A stretch of 64,000 nucleotides of DNA, from positions 60,399-124,398 of the forward strand of contig ONAB01000002.1 in the NCBI GenBank assembly GCA_900315705.1. Direction: 5' to 3'. Position numbers and translations under genes: made by a program. The first letter of the stretch is position 1. Each line of letters starts with the position of its first letter. Positions 9,396 to 18,475 of this stretch are shown here, piece after piece. The stretch is from an uncultured Bacteroidales bacterium (GTDB lineage: Bacteria > Bacteroidota > Bacteroidia > Bacteroidales > WCHB1-69). Below the pieces are notes generated by a model. That model was given only the letters and a program-made list of their open reading frames with translations. It was not told the DNA's origin and searched no databases.

Positions 9396-10601
9396 CTACA
9401 GCCCTTCTGTCAGAAAACTTCTTAGTCCGAGGTGCGTGATGCCGTCCGAGTCCTGACGGCTGACTAACGGGGTCATTGAGATGACATATTTCGGGTAGTT
9501 GTCTTTGATAGCCCGCAGATTGCCAAACTCACGTTCACGAGTGACCTCATCGGCAATAATATACGATGCCTGCACATATACGCGCTGACCTTCAGACTTG
9601 GTGCAGACAAAGTCAATTTCTCCAGCTTGCAGCTGACCCACTGTCACTTCATAACCGAGACGTTTCAGATGGCTATATACGATATTCTCTACCACCTTCT
9701 CTATGTCACCCTCGCGTGTGCCGCCTGCAAGGGCATTACGGATTCCGTTGTCTTCAAAGTAGAACTTGTCGTTGCTCTCGAACAGCTTCTTCCCGTGTAT
9801 GTCGTAACGATGCACACGATGTATCATATAAGCATCGCACAGATATTTGGTGTAGTTAATGATGGCAGTTGAAGTGACGTTGTCGCCCTGAGACTTCATA
9901 TACTTGGCGATGCTGTTGGCCGAGATAATCTTCCCCGTATTGTCAGACAGAAACCGAACAAGATTTTCAAGGAAAGGAACGTTACGGATTTGATATCTCA
10001 TTATCACATCTTTCAGCAAAACAGTGTGATTCACATCCATCTGGTACTCACGCGCATCCTGTTCGTCAAGACCCATCTTCAGCAAGCCCGGCAGACCGCC
10101 AAACTGGATATATTTTATGAGCGTGTCGTCGGAGTCAGGTAGCTGATGAAACAACATAAACTCCTCATAACTCAATGCTTGGATGTAAATTTCCTTGTAA
10201 CGGCCGCCGATAAGGGTGCTCAAGTCACTACTGAGCATCTTCGAATTAGAGCCGGTAACGACAATCTCTATATCAGCCTCCTCATAGTAGCTGCGCACGC
10301 TCTTCTCGAATCCTTCAATGTCCTGAATCTCGTCAACAAGGATGAAATTCGTTTTGGCTTTGTTACGCCTTGCATCAATATAGGTGTTCAAGTCCTGGTA
10401 GGTCCTGATGTCGTCAAACTCGTGTTTCTCCTTGTCAATGAAGATAACATTGGCCTGTCTGTCCTTTTTCATCTTGTCTCTGAACAGACGAAGGATGTAG
10501 CTTTTGCCAATTCTTCGCTGTCCCGTCAGAATGATGATGGTATCTTTGCCGAGATAATGCTCGATCTTTTCTAAATAGCTCTGTCTTAATATCGCACTCA
10601 T
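9396..10601 (-). CDS. AAA ATPase with DUF4143-type C-terminal nuclease-like domain
   Basis: Walker A GQRRIGKSY, Walker B FILVDEIQ, C-terminal GEIDFVCT...YVQASY block. Same architecture as 50045-51340. Confidence 0.8.
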   Translation of the reverse strand: MSAILRQSYLEKIEHYLGKDTIIILTGQRRIGKSYILRLFRDKMKKDRQANVIFIDKEKHEFDDIRTYQDLNTYIDARRNKAKTNFILVDEIQDIEGFEKSVRSYYEEADIEIVVTGSNSKMLSSDLSTLIGGRYKEIYIQALSYEEFMLFHQLPDSDDTLIKYIQFGGLPGLLKMGLDEQDAREYQMDVNHTVLLKDVIMRYQIRNVPFLENLVRFLSDNTGKIISANSIAKYMKSQGDNVTSTAIINYTKYLCDAYMIHRVHRYDIHGKKLFESNDKFYFEDNGIRNALAGGTREGDIEKVVENIVYSHLKRLGYEVTVGQLQAGEIDFVCTKSEGQRVYVQASYIIADEVTREREFGNLRAIKDNYPKYVISMTPLVSRQDSDGITHLGLRSFLTEGL

Positions 10602-10635
10602 TTTATGTTTTATCTTTTATAAAAGAAATTCGCTG

Positions 10636-10643
10636 CAAAAATA
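10636..10643 (-). promoter_or_regulatory. candidate -7 box (reverse complement TATTTTTG)
   Basis: 35 nt upstream of ATG 10601. Confidence 0.45.
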
Positions 10644-10695
10644 ACATTTTATCTTTTACAGAAGATAGAAATCATCGTGCAAGAATAAAAATTTT

Positions 10696-10755
10696 CCCGC
10701 AGACTGCGCAGAATAACGCAGACCTTTTTCTGCGCAAATCAGCGGGTTCTGCGGG
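10696..10755. repeat. REP-like 60-bp three-tier palindromic element, copy 1
   Basis: cccgcagactgcgcagaataacgcaga-loop-tctgcgcaaatcagcgggttctgcggg, lying between two minus-strand genes. Confidence 0.85.
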
Positions 10756-10766
10756 AGAATAATCCA

Positions 10767-11264
10767 TTAACAAAACAACCACGCATACACCCCCGCCCCA
10801 ATCAAACACGGAACCAATCCGATGAGCATTCCCCACAGCGACTGCACGAAGTGGTACTTTTTCTGATGGTAGGCCGCGTCCATGTGTTCGGTGCCGGGGA
10901 GGCGCACGGACTTCATATTGGCGAAGAGCACCCAGTCGAGGAAAAAGCAGTCGTACCAATCGATGACGAGCCAGATGCCGTAACTCAGTGCGAATGCCGA
11001 CCAGAAGTTGTAGGCACCGGCCAGCTTCATCAGCCCGAGCATCACGGCTAGGGTGACGAGCAGCGCAAAGCCCTTCTTGAGCAACACGGTCTTGGAGAAG
11101 AACTTCGACGGCACGCGCTCGTGTGTCTTGAAGTACTCCTCCTGGATGTCCTCCGGGTAGTCGTGGATCCACCACACGGGGTTCTTCACAAGTGGAATCA
11201 GGATCAAAGCCGTGAACGCGGCGGTCATGACGAGGGTTTCGATGATGATGACGGTCCAGTTCAT
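10767..11264 (-). CDS. membrane protein, family not recognised
   Basis: 165-aa ORF with several hydrophobic helices. The overlapping ORF 10672-11175 is Arg/Gly/His-rich out-of-frame noise. Confidence 0.55.
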   Translation of the reverse strand: MNWTVIIIETLVMTAAFTALILIPLVKNPVWWIHDYPEDIQEEYFKTHERVPSKFFSKTVLLKKGFALLVTLAVMLGLMKLAGAYNFWSAFALSYGIWLVIDWYDCFFLDWVLFANMKSVRLPGTEHMDAAYHQKKYHFVQSLWGMLIGLVPCLIGAGVYAWLFC

Positions 11265-11316
11265 ATTTTAAGTGAATGTTGGTGAGCTTCGCTGTTGGTT
11301 AGCCTTCGGCTGTTTA

Positions 11317-12534
11317 TTACTTCGTGTTGGTCAGCTTCGCTGTTGGTGGTTGTTGGTTAAGATTACGGTTCCGTTGTTTGGAGAACGGTGATTGGGTGTT
11401 CGTTTTGACTTTTTTCTTCTCCCCCAGCACGCACCACCGCACAAACGGAATCCGACGGACGGTTTCGTAAATTAGTGGCGACAGGGTGAAAACCGCTATA
11501 ATAAGAATAAGGTACAGTGCCACTGGCGGTAGCTGAGTATAGACTTTCATCATATAGCCAAGGCTGACAATCACCAGATAATGAACGATGTAGATGCCAA
11601 AACTGGAGCGGGTCATATATCCGGCAAAGGCGTTTGTCTTGTCGAATTTGGCAATGAACCAGCCCATCATGGCAAGGCACATAAACCCGCCATAGATGCA
11701 GTTGAAGGGGTCGGCAAGATACCGCGGTGTGGTGTTGTTCTCGCCGTATGTGTCAAATAAAAGATAAACGCAAGCCACAATGGCGCAAGCCATATCTATC
11801 CACCAACCATCAGACAGGTATTTTTGTATCTTCTTTGACGAGAAGCAATAATAGCCCAGCAGGAAGAAAATAAGGTAGAACAGCGGCTTGTAGAGGTTGT
11901 AGAGTCCGTCTGCGGATTCGGGGCGCGGGTTGAAAATAAGCGTTTGCCCGCCGAGCCAATACAGCACACAAATACCAAAGAGCATAATCTTCGGAAGATA
12001 CCAATATTCGTAGTCGTGAAAGTGTTTTTTAACCTTCTTATTCTTTATTTTGAAATGCCAGTCCCTCGTTATCCGCCGTATCAGCAGCAGAATCAGCGAG
12101 AACAGCCACAGATCCTGGATAAACCACAGCGGTCCCGTTCCGCTGACCGCCCAAACGCAAAACTTGAGAGGCTGTGGCACCGAAGCCAGCACATCCGTCC
12201 CGCCCACGTGCGTGTTGAAGTAGCCCTCCATCCAATGGAACACGAACAGTCCGATGGTGGATGGGACCAGCAGCTTTAGGGTTCGGGACTTAAACCACTC
12301 CTTGCCGGAATGTCTGTCTAACGCGTACTTTGCGCTGATGCCCGCCAGAATGAACAGCAGCGGCATGAACCAAGGATAGAGGATGTACATCAGCACATCC
12401 TGGTACTGCGGACCGTCGCCGAAACCGCCCACACCGCCGAAAACGCCCTTGTTGTTGTAAAAGTAGATGACGTGATACAACAACACCAACATCACGGTGA
12501 CCCAACGCAGATTGTCAACCCAGTATTTTCTCAT
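11317..12534 (-). CDS. acyltransferase family 3 membrane protein
   Basis: N-terminal WVDNLRWVTVMLVLLYHVIYF motif and about 10 hydrophobic segments. Start set at ATG 12534 (MRKYW), 21 nt downstream of a -7 box. Confidence 0.7.
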   Translation of the reverse strand: MRKYWVDNLRWVTVMLVLLYHVIYFYNNKGVFGGVGGFGDGPQYQDVLMYILYPWFMPLLFILAGISAKYALDRHSGKEWFKSRTLKLLVPSTIGLFVFHWMEGYFNTHVGGTDVLASVPQPLKFCVWAVSGTGPLWFIQDLWLFSLILLLIRRITRDWHFKIKNKKVKKHFHDYEYWYLPKIMLFGICVLYWLGGQTLIFNPRPESADGLYNLYKPLFYLIFFLLGYYCFSSKKIQKYLSDGWWIDMACAIVACVYLLFDTYGENNTTPRYLADPFNCIYGGFMCLAMMGWFIAKFDKTNAFAGYMTRSSFGIYIVHYLVIVSLGYMMKVYTQLPPVALYLILIIAVFTLSPLIYETVRRIPFVRWCVLGEKKKVKTNTQSPFSKQRNRNLNQQPPTAKLTNTK

Positions 12535-12554
12535 AAAGCACTTTTTTCCGGCGG

Positions 12555-12562
12555 CAAAAATA
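12555..12562 (-). promoter_or_regulatory. candidate -7 box (reverse complement TATTTTTG)
   Basis: 21 nt upstream of ATG 12534. Confidence 0.5.
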
Positions 12563-12608
12563 CGCAAAATGCGGGGATGTGTTTTCATTTGGCTGAAAAA
12601 TATTATCT

Positions 12609-12668
12609 CCCGCAGAACTCGCAGATTTACGCAGAAAAAAGTCTGCGTTAGTCTGCGAAATCTGCGGG
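12609..12668. repeat. REP-like 60-bp palindromic element, copy 2
   Basis: cccgcagaactcgcagatttacgcagaaaaaagtctgcgttagtctgcgaaatctgcggg. It is directly followed by two TATTTTTG boxes. Confidence 0.85.
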
Positions 12669-12679
12669 AAATATTTTTG

Positions 12680-12687
12680 TATTTTTG
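12680..12687 (+). promoter_or_regulatory. candidate -7 box (TATTTTTG)
   Basis: 25 nt upstream of ATG 12712. A second identical box lies at 12672-12679, abutting REP copy 2. Confidence 0.5.
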
Positions 12688-12711
12688 CTGCTGAATTTAA
12701 TACCCGAAGCA

Positions 12712-13986
12712 ATGAAAAAAACGACTCTGTTAGTATTGGCGTTTATATTGACGGCGATGATTCCTGAAACGCCGCTGCACGCGCAGGATCTGGCGCACTA
12801 CAAACGGATTGTCAAGGAGCTGAACTCCGCGAAATACCAAGGGCGCGGCTATGCCTACGGCGGCGCCAACAAGGCGGGGAAGTACCTGTTGAAAGAGTAC
12901 AAGAAAGCGGGCGTGGACGAAGTGAGGTGCCAGCCGTTCACTATCGACATCAACACCTTCCCCGGCAAGATGGAAATGTCCGTTGACGGCAGGAAGTTGA
13001 CCCCGGGCGTCGATTTCTCGATGCGCGAGTACTCGCCCGGCGTGCGCGGCACCTACAGACTCTACTATGTCGATACGAACAACTACGATGCCGAGAAGAT
13101 GTTTGCGGACTTGGCGAAACCCGAGTTCAAGGACTGCTTCGTGGTCTGCGACTTCTGGTTCTCTTATCGTCATTACGGCGACTTCCAGAAAATCTGGGGC
13201 GGCACCGAGTGCGCCAACGCGGGGATGATCCAGACGTGGCCTCCCTTGCTGAAATTCTACAAGGCATACGGCGAGAAGGTGATGGGCAAGCCCGTCATCT
13301 GGGCCACCTCCGACTTCCCGAAAGATGCCAAGACCATCACCGTCAACATCGAGAACGAGTTTCTGAAGGACTACGAACTCTTCAACGTCATCGCCAAGGT
13401 GGAGGGCCGGCGGCACGACAGCTGCTACGTCTTCACGGCGCACTACGACCATCTCGGCAACCTCGGCAAGAAGGTGTTCTATGAGGGGGCCAACGACAAC
13501 GCCTCCGGCAGCGCCGCCATCGTCACGCTCGCGGCCTACTACGCCAAAAGCCGTCCCGAGTACGATATGTACTTCATTGCTTTCTCCGGCGAGGACGCCA
13601 ACCTGCGTGGCTCGGAATATTACGTGGAGCACAACCCTGTCGTGCCGCTCTCACAGATCAAGTACCTGTTCAACATCGATATGATCGGCGACAACAACCC
13701 GGTGCAGTACTGCGAGGTCAGCGACGAGGGATTGCGTGGTTACGCTTTGATGGAACGAATCAACGATGAGAAGCACCATTTCAAGGGACTGAACCGTGCC
13801 GAGTTGGAGGGCAACAGCGACCACTACCCGTTCGCCCTGCGCCACGTGCCGTGCATCCTCTTCGAGAACGAGAGCGGCGACGCGTTCCAGTACTACCACA
13901 CCGTCAACGACGACTGGGAGCACGCCGTATTCAACACGTATGAGCCGCTGTTCCGTTTGGTGCGGGATTTTATCGAAAGATATTGA
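12712..13986 (+). CDS. M28 family metallopeptidase (secreted)
   Basis: Signal peptide MKKTTLLVLAFILTAMIPETPLHA. Zinc-ligand context HYDHLG, NDNASGSAAIV, FSGED, DMIGD, SDHYPF. Confidence 0.85.
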   Translation: MKKTTLLVLAFILTAMIPETPLHAQDLAHYKRIVKELNSAKYQGRGYAYGGANKAGKYLLKEYKKAGVDEVRCQPFTIDINTFPGKMEMSVDGRKLTPGVDFSMREYSPGVRGTYRLYYVDTNNYDAEKMFADLAKPEFKDCFVVCDFWFSYRHYGDFQKIWGGTECANAGMIQTWPPLLKFYKAYGEKVMGKPVIWATSDFPKDAKTITVNIENEFLKDYELFNVIAKVEGRRHDSCYVFTAHYDHLGNLGKKVFYEGANDNASGSAAIVTLAAYYAKSRPEYDMYFIAFSGEDANLRGSEYYVEHNPVVPLSQIKYLFNIDMIGDNNPVQYCEVSDEGLRGYALMERINDEKHHFKGLNRAELEGNSDHYPFALRHVPCILFENESGDAFQYYHTVNDDWEHAVFNTYEPLFRLVRDFIERY

Positions 13987-13996
13987 TGTTTTGTTT

Positions 13997-14091
13997 CCCG
14001 CAGAACTCGCAGATTATCGCAGACTTTTTTTCTGCACATATCTACGAATTCTGCAGGAAAATTTTCTGCGCATATCTGCGAAATCTGCGGG
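13997..14091. repeat. REP-like element, copy 3 (right arm duplicated)
   Basis: One full unit ending ctgcagg at 14057, plus an extra right arm ttctgcgcatatctgcgaaatctgcgggg. Confidence 0.8.
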
Positions 14092-14095
14092 GAAA

Positions 14096-14473
14096 TTATA
14101 AACCATTCACCTTCCGATAAATACTACTTCCGATGTCATCGCTGTTGAAGTTCACTAAAATCCCCAATTTTTTCCCTGTGATTTTCAGATAAGTGAGCAG
14201 TTGTTTATGGTGAACATTCATTAAAGCTTCTACCGATTTTAATTCCACGATGACTTTGTCTTCAACCAACAAGTCCAACCGATAATCAACAGGAAGAATA
14301 ACTCCATCATAAACCACCTTAACTGGTATCTGTTTCCAGACACTCAATCCATCTTTGGTTAATTGATAGCACAGTGCAGCCTCGTAGATAGACTCCAGTA
14401 ATCCGGGACCGAGTTCTTTGTACACCTTGAAAATGGCACCTCTGATTTTGTAGGAAATTTCGTTTTCTGTCAT
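14096..14473 (-). CDS. GxxExxY family protein (PD-(D/E)XK-like)
   Basis: N-terminus ISYKIRGAIFKVYKELGPGLLESIYEAAL contains the family-defining GxxExxY motif (GLLESIY). The gene is AT-rich relative to its flanks. Confidence 0.85.
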   Translation of the reverse strand: MTENEISYKIRGAIFKVYKELGPGLLESIYEAALCYQLTKDGLSVWKQIPVKVVYDGVILPVDYRLDLLVEDKVIVELKSVEALMNVHHKQLLTYLKITGKKLGILVNFNSDDIGSSIYRKVNGL

Positions 14474-14510
14474 ACTGTAATTTTATAATTTGTTATTTTG
14501 TTTTTGGCTG

Positions 14511-14518
14511 CAAAGATA
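14511..14518 (-). promoter_or_regulatory. candidate -7 box (reverse complement TATCTTTG)
   Basis: 38 nt upstream of ATG 14473. Confidence 0.45.
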
Positions 14519-14593
14519 CTATTTTTTATTTATTTTAACAATATATTGCATAATTTTTTGTATTAAATCTCAAATCCAACAGGAATTAATTTT

Positions 14594-14653
14594 CCCGCAA
14601 ATCTCGCAGACTACCGCAGACTTTTTTCTGCGCAAATCAGCGAGTTCTGCGGG
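14594..14653. repeat. REP-like 60-bp palindromic element, copy 4
   Basis: cccgcaaatctcgcagactaccgcaga-loop-tctgcgcaaatcagcgagttctgcggg. Confidence 0.85.
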
Positions 14654-14695
14654 AGAATATTTTTCCTATTTTCGCGCTCAAAAAGACATCACCTT

Positions 14696-15514
14696 ATGAA
14701 GAAGTACCGAACCCCCATCCTCCTCTTCGCCATTTTCGAGATCATTGCCGTATCGCTTTGGCTCTCAACAGGAAATCTCTTCTTTCTGCTGAACTTTTCC
14801 TACATCGGCATCTGCCTCGGTGTCGGGGGAATATTGATGGCGGCGGGGTGGAAACACGCCCGCGAGTTCGTGCAGTTCACCGTGGGCAGCTACATTCTGG
14901 TGTTCCTCGGCCTTATCTGTCGCGAGAATATGCAGATGGAGGGATTCTGGTACTACCTGCTCTCCGGGGTTGTCGGGGCGGGGGTGCTGCACTACCTCAT
15001 CGCCAAGATCTTCGGACCATTGCTGTTCGGGCGCGGCTGGTGCGGGTTTGCCTGCTGGACCGCGATGATCCTCGACCTGCTACCCTACAAACAGCCCGCA
15101 AAACCACGGAAATCCTTCGGATGGGTGCGCTATGTGATGTTCGCGCTGTCGCTCGCCATCGTCATCCTGCTGATGTGCCTCGGCAAAGCCGACAAAACCA
15201 CGATGTTCTACCTTTTCGTGGCCGGGAATGTGCTCTACTACGCCGTCGGAATCGTCCTGGCTGTCGTGTTGAAGGACAACCGCGCCTTCTGCAAGTACAT
15301 CTGCCCCATCACGGTGTTCCTCAAACCGATGAGCTACTTCTCGTTACTACGTATCAAGTGCGATGAGGAGAAGTGCATCCATTGCGACAAGTGTCTGAAA
15401 GTCTGTCCGATGGAGGTGGAGGTCAACAACAACTCGCGCAAGCGGAAGAACGCCACCGAGTGCATTCTCTGCCAGCAGTGCAAGAAGGCGTGTCCGGTGG
15501 GGGCGCTGAAATAG
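14696..15514 (+). CDS. membrane-bound 4Fe-4S ferredoxin-domain protein
   Basis: Hydrophobic N-terminal two thirds, then two CxxCxxCxxxCP motifs (CIHCDKCLKVCP, CILCQQCKKACP). Confidence 0.75.
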   Translation: MKKYRTPILLFAIFEIIAVSLWLSTGNLFFLLNFSYIGICLGVGGILMAAGWKHAREFVQFTVGSYILVFLGLICRENMQMEGFWYYLLSGVVGAGVLHYLIAKIFGPLLFGRGWCGFACWTAMILDLLPYKQPAKPRKSFGWVRYVMFALSLAIVILLMCLGKADKTTMFYLFVAGNVLYYAVGIVLAVVLKDNRAFCKYICPITVFLKPMSYFSLLRIKCDEEKCIHCDKCLKVCPMEVEVNNNSRKRKNATECILCQQCKKACPVGALK

Positions 15515-15519
15515 TTTCT

Positions 15520-15580
15520 CCCGCAAATCTCGCAGATTAACGCAGAAAAAAAGGTACGCGTCAATCTACAGGTTCTGCGT
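15520..15580. repeat. REP-like element, copy 5 (right arm decayed)
   Basis: The left arm cccgcaaatctcgcagattaacgcaga is intact. The right arm is degenerate (ggttctgcgt). Confidence 0.6.
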
Positions 15581-15894
15581 AAATGTGGAAGTCCTTAACT
15601 GTGTTTATTCGGTAATACTTCTTAACAAGGTCATCCATTTGTCCATCCATCCCGCCAATGGGGCGGGGCTGCTAAGCATTCCGCCGTTGTACTGGAGGTT
15701 GAGCATTGAGAAACGCATTCGATACCGAGGACTATATTTTTTCGTATAAACAGCGAGGCCTCCTCTTTCTATTTTCATAAAACACATTGGAAAGTTCGAT
15801 TTTATGTATCATTTTTACACTTTTCCTAACTTTCGGCTGCAAATACAAAAAAAATTCATTCACCTTTTCTATTATTTTTTAGAAAAAAAATTCC

Positions 15895-16017
15895 CTGCGG
15901 ACCGTAAAAAACACAGAACTTCTCTTATATGATGCAAATTAGTCATGTTCTGCGGACACTCAATACTTTACAGAACATCGCATACTTTTTTCAGCGCAAA
16001 TCTGCGAGTTCTGCGGG
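15895..16017. repeat. REP-like element fragments, copy 6
   Basis: Fragments ccctgcggacc and gttctgcggacac, plus a good right arm cagcgcaaatctgcgagttctgcggg. Followed by a TATTTTTG box. Confidence 0.6.
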
Positions 16018-16028
16018 AGAATATTTTG

Positions 16029-16036
16029 TATTTTTG
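16029..16036 (+). promoter_or_regulatory. candidate -7 box (TATTTTTG)
   Basis: 23 nt upstream of ATG 16059 and 12 nt after the end of REP copy 6. Confidence 0.5.
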
Positions 16037-16058
16037 CCCTCGAAAATAACGAACCACT

Positions 16059-17249
16059 ATGTCAAAGAGAATCATTAGCATCCTGTTGGTGGCATTGTCG
16101 GCAGCGCTCTTCTTAATCGCCTGCAAGGTCGGCGGGAAGACGACGTCGGTGACGATGGAGGAACTCCGGAACACCGACCTTTCGCGGATGATTATACCGG
16201 ACTCCATCCTGACAAACCCCGACTACTGTTCCCAAAAGGATGAGTTTATGTTCATCGAAAAAACTTCCGAGTTCGAGCCCATCGGGTATCGAGGCCGTGA
16301 CTTCCAACGGTTCTACATCCATTACGACAGCGTCCGTTTTATGGGCAACGGAGTCTATAAGGTGGAGGGACGCACCCGCTACCGCGACACTATCCGGCTT
16401 TTCTCCGGGACCATCACGCTGGACTCTATGCGCCTGAACAAAGGGAAGCACTTACCGTCAACGGGTAAATTCGGGAAACTGTGCGGGCATTACCAGTTTG
16501 ACGAAGACGAATTTTCCGGTGGCGGTGTTCTGACAGGCAAAATGACGATCGACTTCGTGAAAGTTAACGGACGGTTCTACTACGATGCTTTTATGTTAGG
16601 TGTGGCCGACGGCTACGACAACCGCCAGTACGAGGGCGTGTGGACTTCGAAAGACCTCACCCGTATGGAGAAGTGCAATTGGGGCGATTTCCGGATACCC
16701 GACTCACATGGATTGGACATTGGCGCTGGCGAGTTCAGTCCCGTAGATGAGCACTCGGATCACGGTTGGCAAGTTTATACTTACGGTTGGGCTGAAAATG
16801 ATTCTTTACAATCTATATATCAGGCGGATATGCAATGGTACACCCACGAGAAGGACTATATCATCCCCTATTCCGGACGGCTGCAGCGGTATCTGAAAGA
16901 GTACGGCCACAAAGATTGCCACCCTACCGCTAAAGTTGTCTTGGGCGCCATTCCATCAACGGAAGAAGAATTGTGGATGTGGTATAGCATTGACTCACCT
17001 GCTGAGTCTCAACTGAACTATCTTTGGCCACGGATGAGCGACTATGCGCACGCCGACAGCGCGGGTATTATGTTTGCTTATATGCGAATGGGTGAATTCT
17101 CCGACGGAGAAATATCGGAGGGACTTTTTGACGATTACATCGAACTACAAAAGGAACACCCCGCCCTTTTCGATAAATACCGCAAACAATTGTCGAAAGA
17201 ATGGAATCAGGCTTTTGATTGGTGGAAGAAAGAGATGTACGGGGAGTAG
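16059..17249 (+). CDS. lipoprotein of unknown function (paralog of 34195-35532)
   Basis: Lipobox LFLIAC. Shares FQRFYIHYDSV, YYDAFMLGVADGYDNRQYEG and CNWGDFRIPDS blocks with the 34195-35532 product. Confidence 0.7.
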   Translation: MSKRIISILLVALSAALFLIACKVGGKTTSVTMEELRNTDLSRMIIPDSILTNPDYCSQKDEFMFIEKTSEFEPIGYRGRDFQRFYIHYDSVRFMGNGVYKVEGRTRYRDTIRLFSGTITLDSMRLNKGKHLPSTGKFGKLCGHYQFDEDEFSGGGVLTGKMTIDFVKVNGRFYYDAFMLGVADGYDNRQYEGVWTSKDLTRMEKCNWGDFRIPDSHGLDIGAGEFSPVDEHSDHGWQVYTYGWAENDSLQSIYQADMQWYTHEKDYIIPYSGRLQRYLKEYGHKDCHPTAKVVLGAIPSTEEELWMWYSIDSPAESQLNYLWPRMSDYAHADSAGIMFAYMRMGEFSDGEISEGLFDDYIELQKEHPALFDKYRKQLSKEWNQAFDWWKKEMYGE

Positions 17250-17250
17250 A

Positions 17251-17304
17251 GATGCAATGCGTCACGTCTTCATATTTTCTGCGTAAATCAGCGGGTTCTG
17301 CGGG
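17251..17304. repeat. REP-like element, copy 7 (half element)
   Basis: The right arm ttctgcgtaaatcagcgggttctgcggg is intact. The left arm is decayed. Confidence 0.6.
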
Positions 17305-17311
17305 CATCCCA

Positions 17312-17983
17312 CTACCACACAAACGGAATCACTTTGTACCGAACTTTCTGTTTGTACTCCGTGTATCCCTCAAGTCCCTGCTCCAAGACGGCCTCCTCGT
17401 TGCGGATGCGCTTGGCGATGATGGGGATGTAGAACAGCATGATCAGAAACGACCACGGGGTAGCCAACACCATGGGCATAGCGAGGAAAAGTACCAATGT
17501 GGCGGCGTACATCGGATGCCGGACAATGCCGTACAGTCCCGTGTCCACCACCTTCTGATGCTCCTGCACCTCGATGGTGCGCGACAGCCAGACGTTCTCG
17601 CGGAGCACCTCGGCGTAGAGTGCGTAGCCGATCAGGAATACCACGGAGGCCGCATATACCGCCCAATCCGGCAGCAGGCACCATTGGAAACGATAGTTGA
17701 GTCCGGCCACCACGAACATCGCGAGGAACATCAGGCCGCTTAACGCGACCACCCTCTTCTGTTCCCCTTGTTTCTCTTTGGCATCCAACCGCTTGCGCAA
17801 CAGTTCGGGCTGGCGGAGCAACAGCACCACACCCGCAATGAACATTGGCCCGAACAGCAGGGCGATGAAAAGCCAACCCTGCCAGTAGGCGAAGGTGCCC
17901 GCCGGCACAAACAGCAACGCCCCCACCAGCACTAATCCGGCGAGGAACTTTGTCAGGGCTTGGAAAAAGAGTTTTGAAGTCAT
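17312..17983 (-). CDS. isoprenylcysteine carboxyl methyltransferase (ICMT)-family membrane protein
   Basis: GLYGIVRHPMYAATLVLFLAMP...EEAVLEQGLEGYTEYKQKV signature. Start set at ATG 17983 (MTSKLFF). Confidence 0.75.
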   Translation of the reverse strand: MTSKLFFQALTKFLAGLVLVGALLFVPAGTFAYWQGWLFIALLFGPMFIAGVVLLLRQPELLRKRLDAKEKQGEQKRVVALSGLMFLAMFVVAGLNYRFQWCLLPDWAVYAASVVFLIGYALYAEVLRENVWLSRTIEVQEHQKVVDTGLYGIVRHPMYAATLVLFLAMPMVLATPWSFLIMLFYIPIIAKRIRNEEAVLEQGLEGYTEYKQKVRYKVIPFVW

Positions 17984-18056
17984 ATCCTTTATGTTTTGTT
18001 TTTTCTCATAGATTTTGCGGATTCCCACATCTTATAATTTCAAATTGAAGTAATCC

Positions 18057-18284
18057 TCATAGAAACATAGCCATATATAGCGGCAGGTAGCGAATGCCAT
18101 TATCCAGCACCACATTGGAGTTACAAAGCACTATGGCCTCGAATATTATAGAATGTGAATGCGCCAAAGCGTAATCCAGGGATGCGTGACGACGGAAATT
18201 GCTCCCGGATTTCACCTCCACGATCTGAATGCCCTCCTCAGCGGGCAAAACAAAATCAAGTTCGTGTTTGCTTTTTTGTCGCAA
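18057..18284 (-). pseudogene. C-terminal remnant of a DUF4143-type ATPase gene
   Basis: ELDFVLPAEEGIQIVEVKSGSNF aligns with the EIDFV...VEVK C-terminal blocks of the two intact copies. No ATPase-encoding part lies upstream. Confidence 0.55.
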
Positions 18285-18407
18285 AATATTTTATCAATTT
18301 TTCTACGCAGCATAATGCAACTTTTTTCCGACGGGGCGGTTTTTCTCTGGGAAACCATGTATCAAATCTTGTATGAATCCTATAGGTTGCAGTTTGTCGT
18401 ATTTTCT

Positions 18408-18467
18408 CCCGCAGACTGCGCAGACTGACGCAGACTTTTTTCAGCGTAAATCGGCGAGTTCTGCGGG
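18408..18467. repeat. REP-like 60-bp palindromic element, copy 8
   Basis: cccgcagactgcgcagactgacgcaga-loop-cagcgtaaatcggcgagttctgcggg. Confidence 0.85.
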
Positions 18468-18475
18468 AAAACAAA

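Noticed and set aside
12730-13632. 300-aa minus-strand ORF
   Set aside because: It is entirely antisense to the well-supported M28 peptidase gene. The translation is Arg/Gly/Val/His-rich low complexity, typical of shadow ORFs in GC-rich coding DNA.
15605-15787. 60-aa minus-strand ORF in the 540-bp gap between REP copies 5 and 6
   Set aside because: No motifs, no -7 box and a poor start context. It may be a relic of something, but I cannot support a call.
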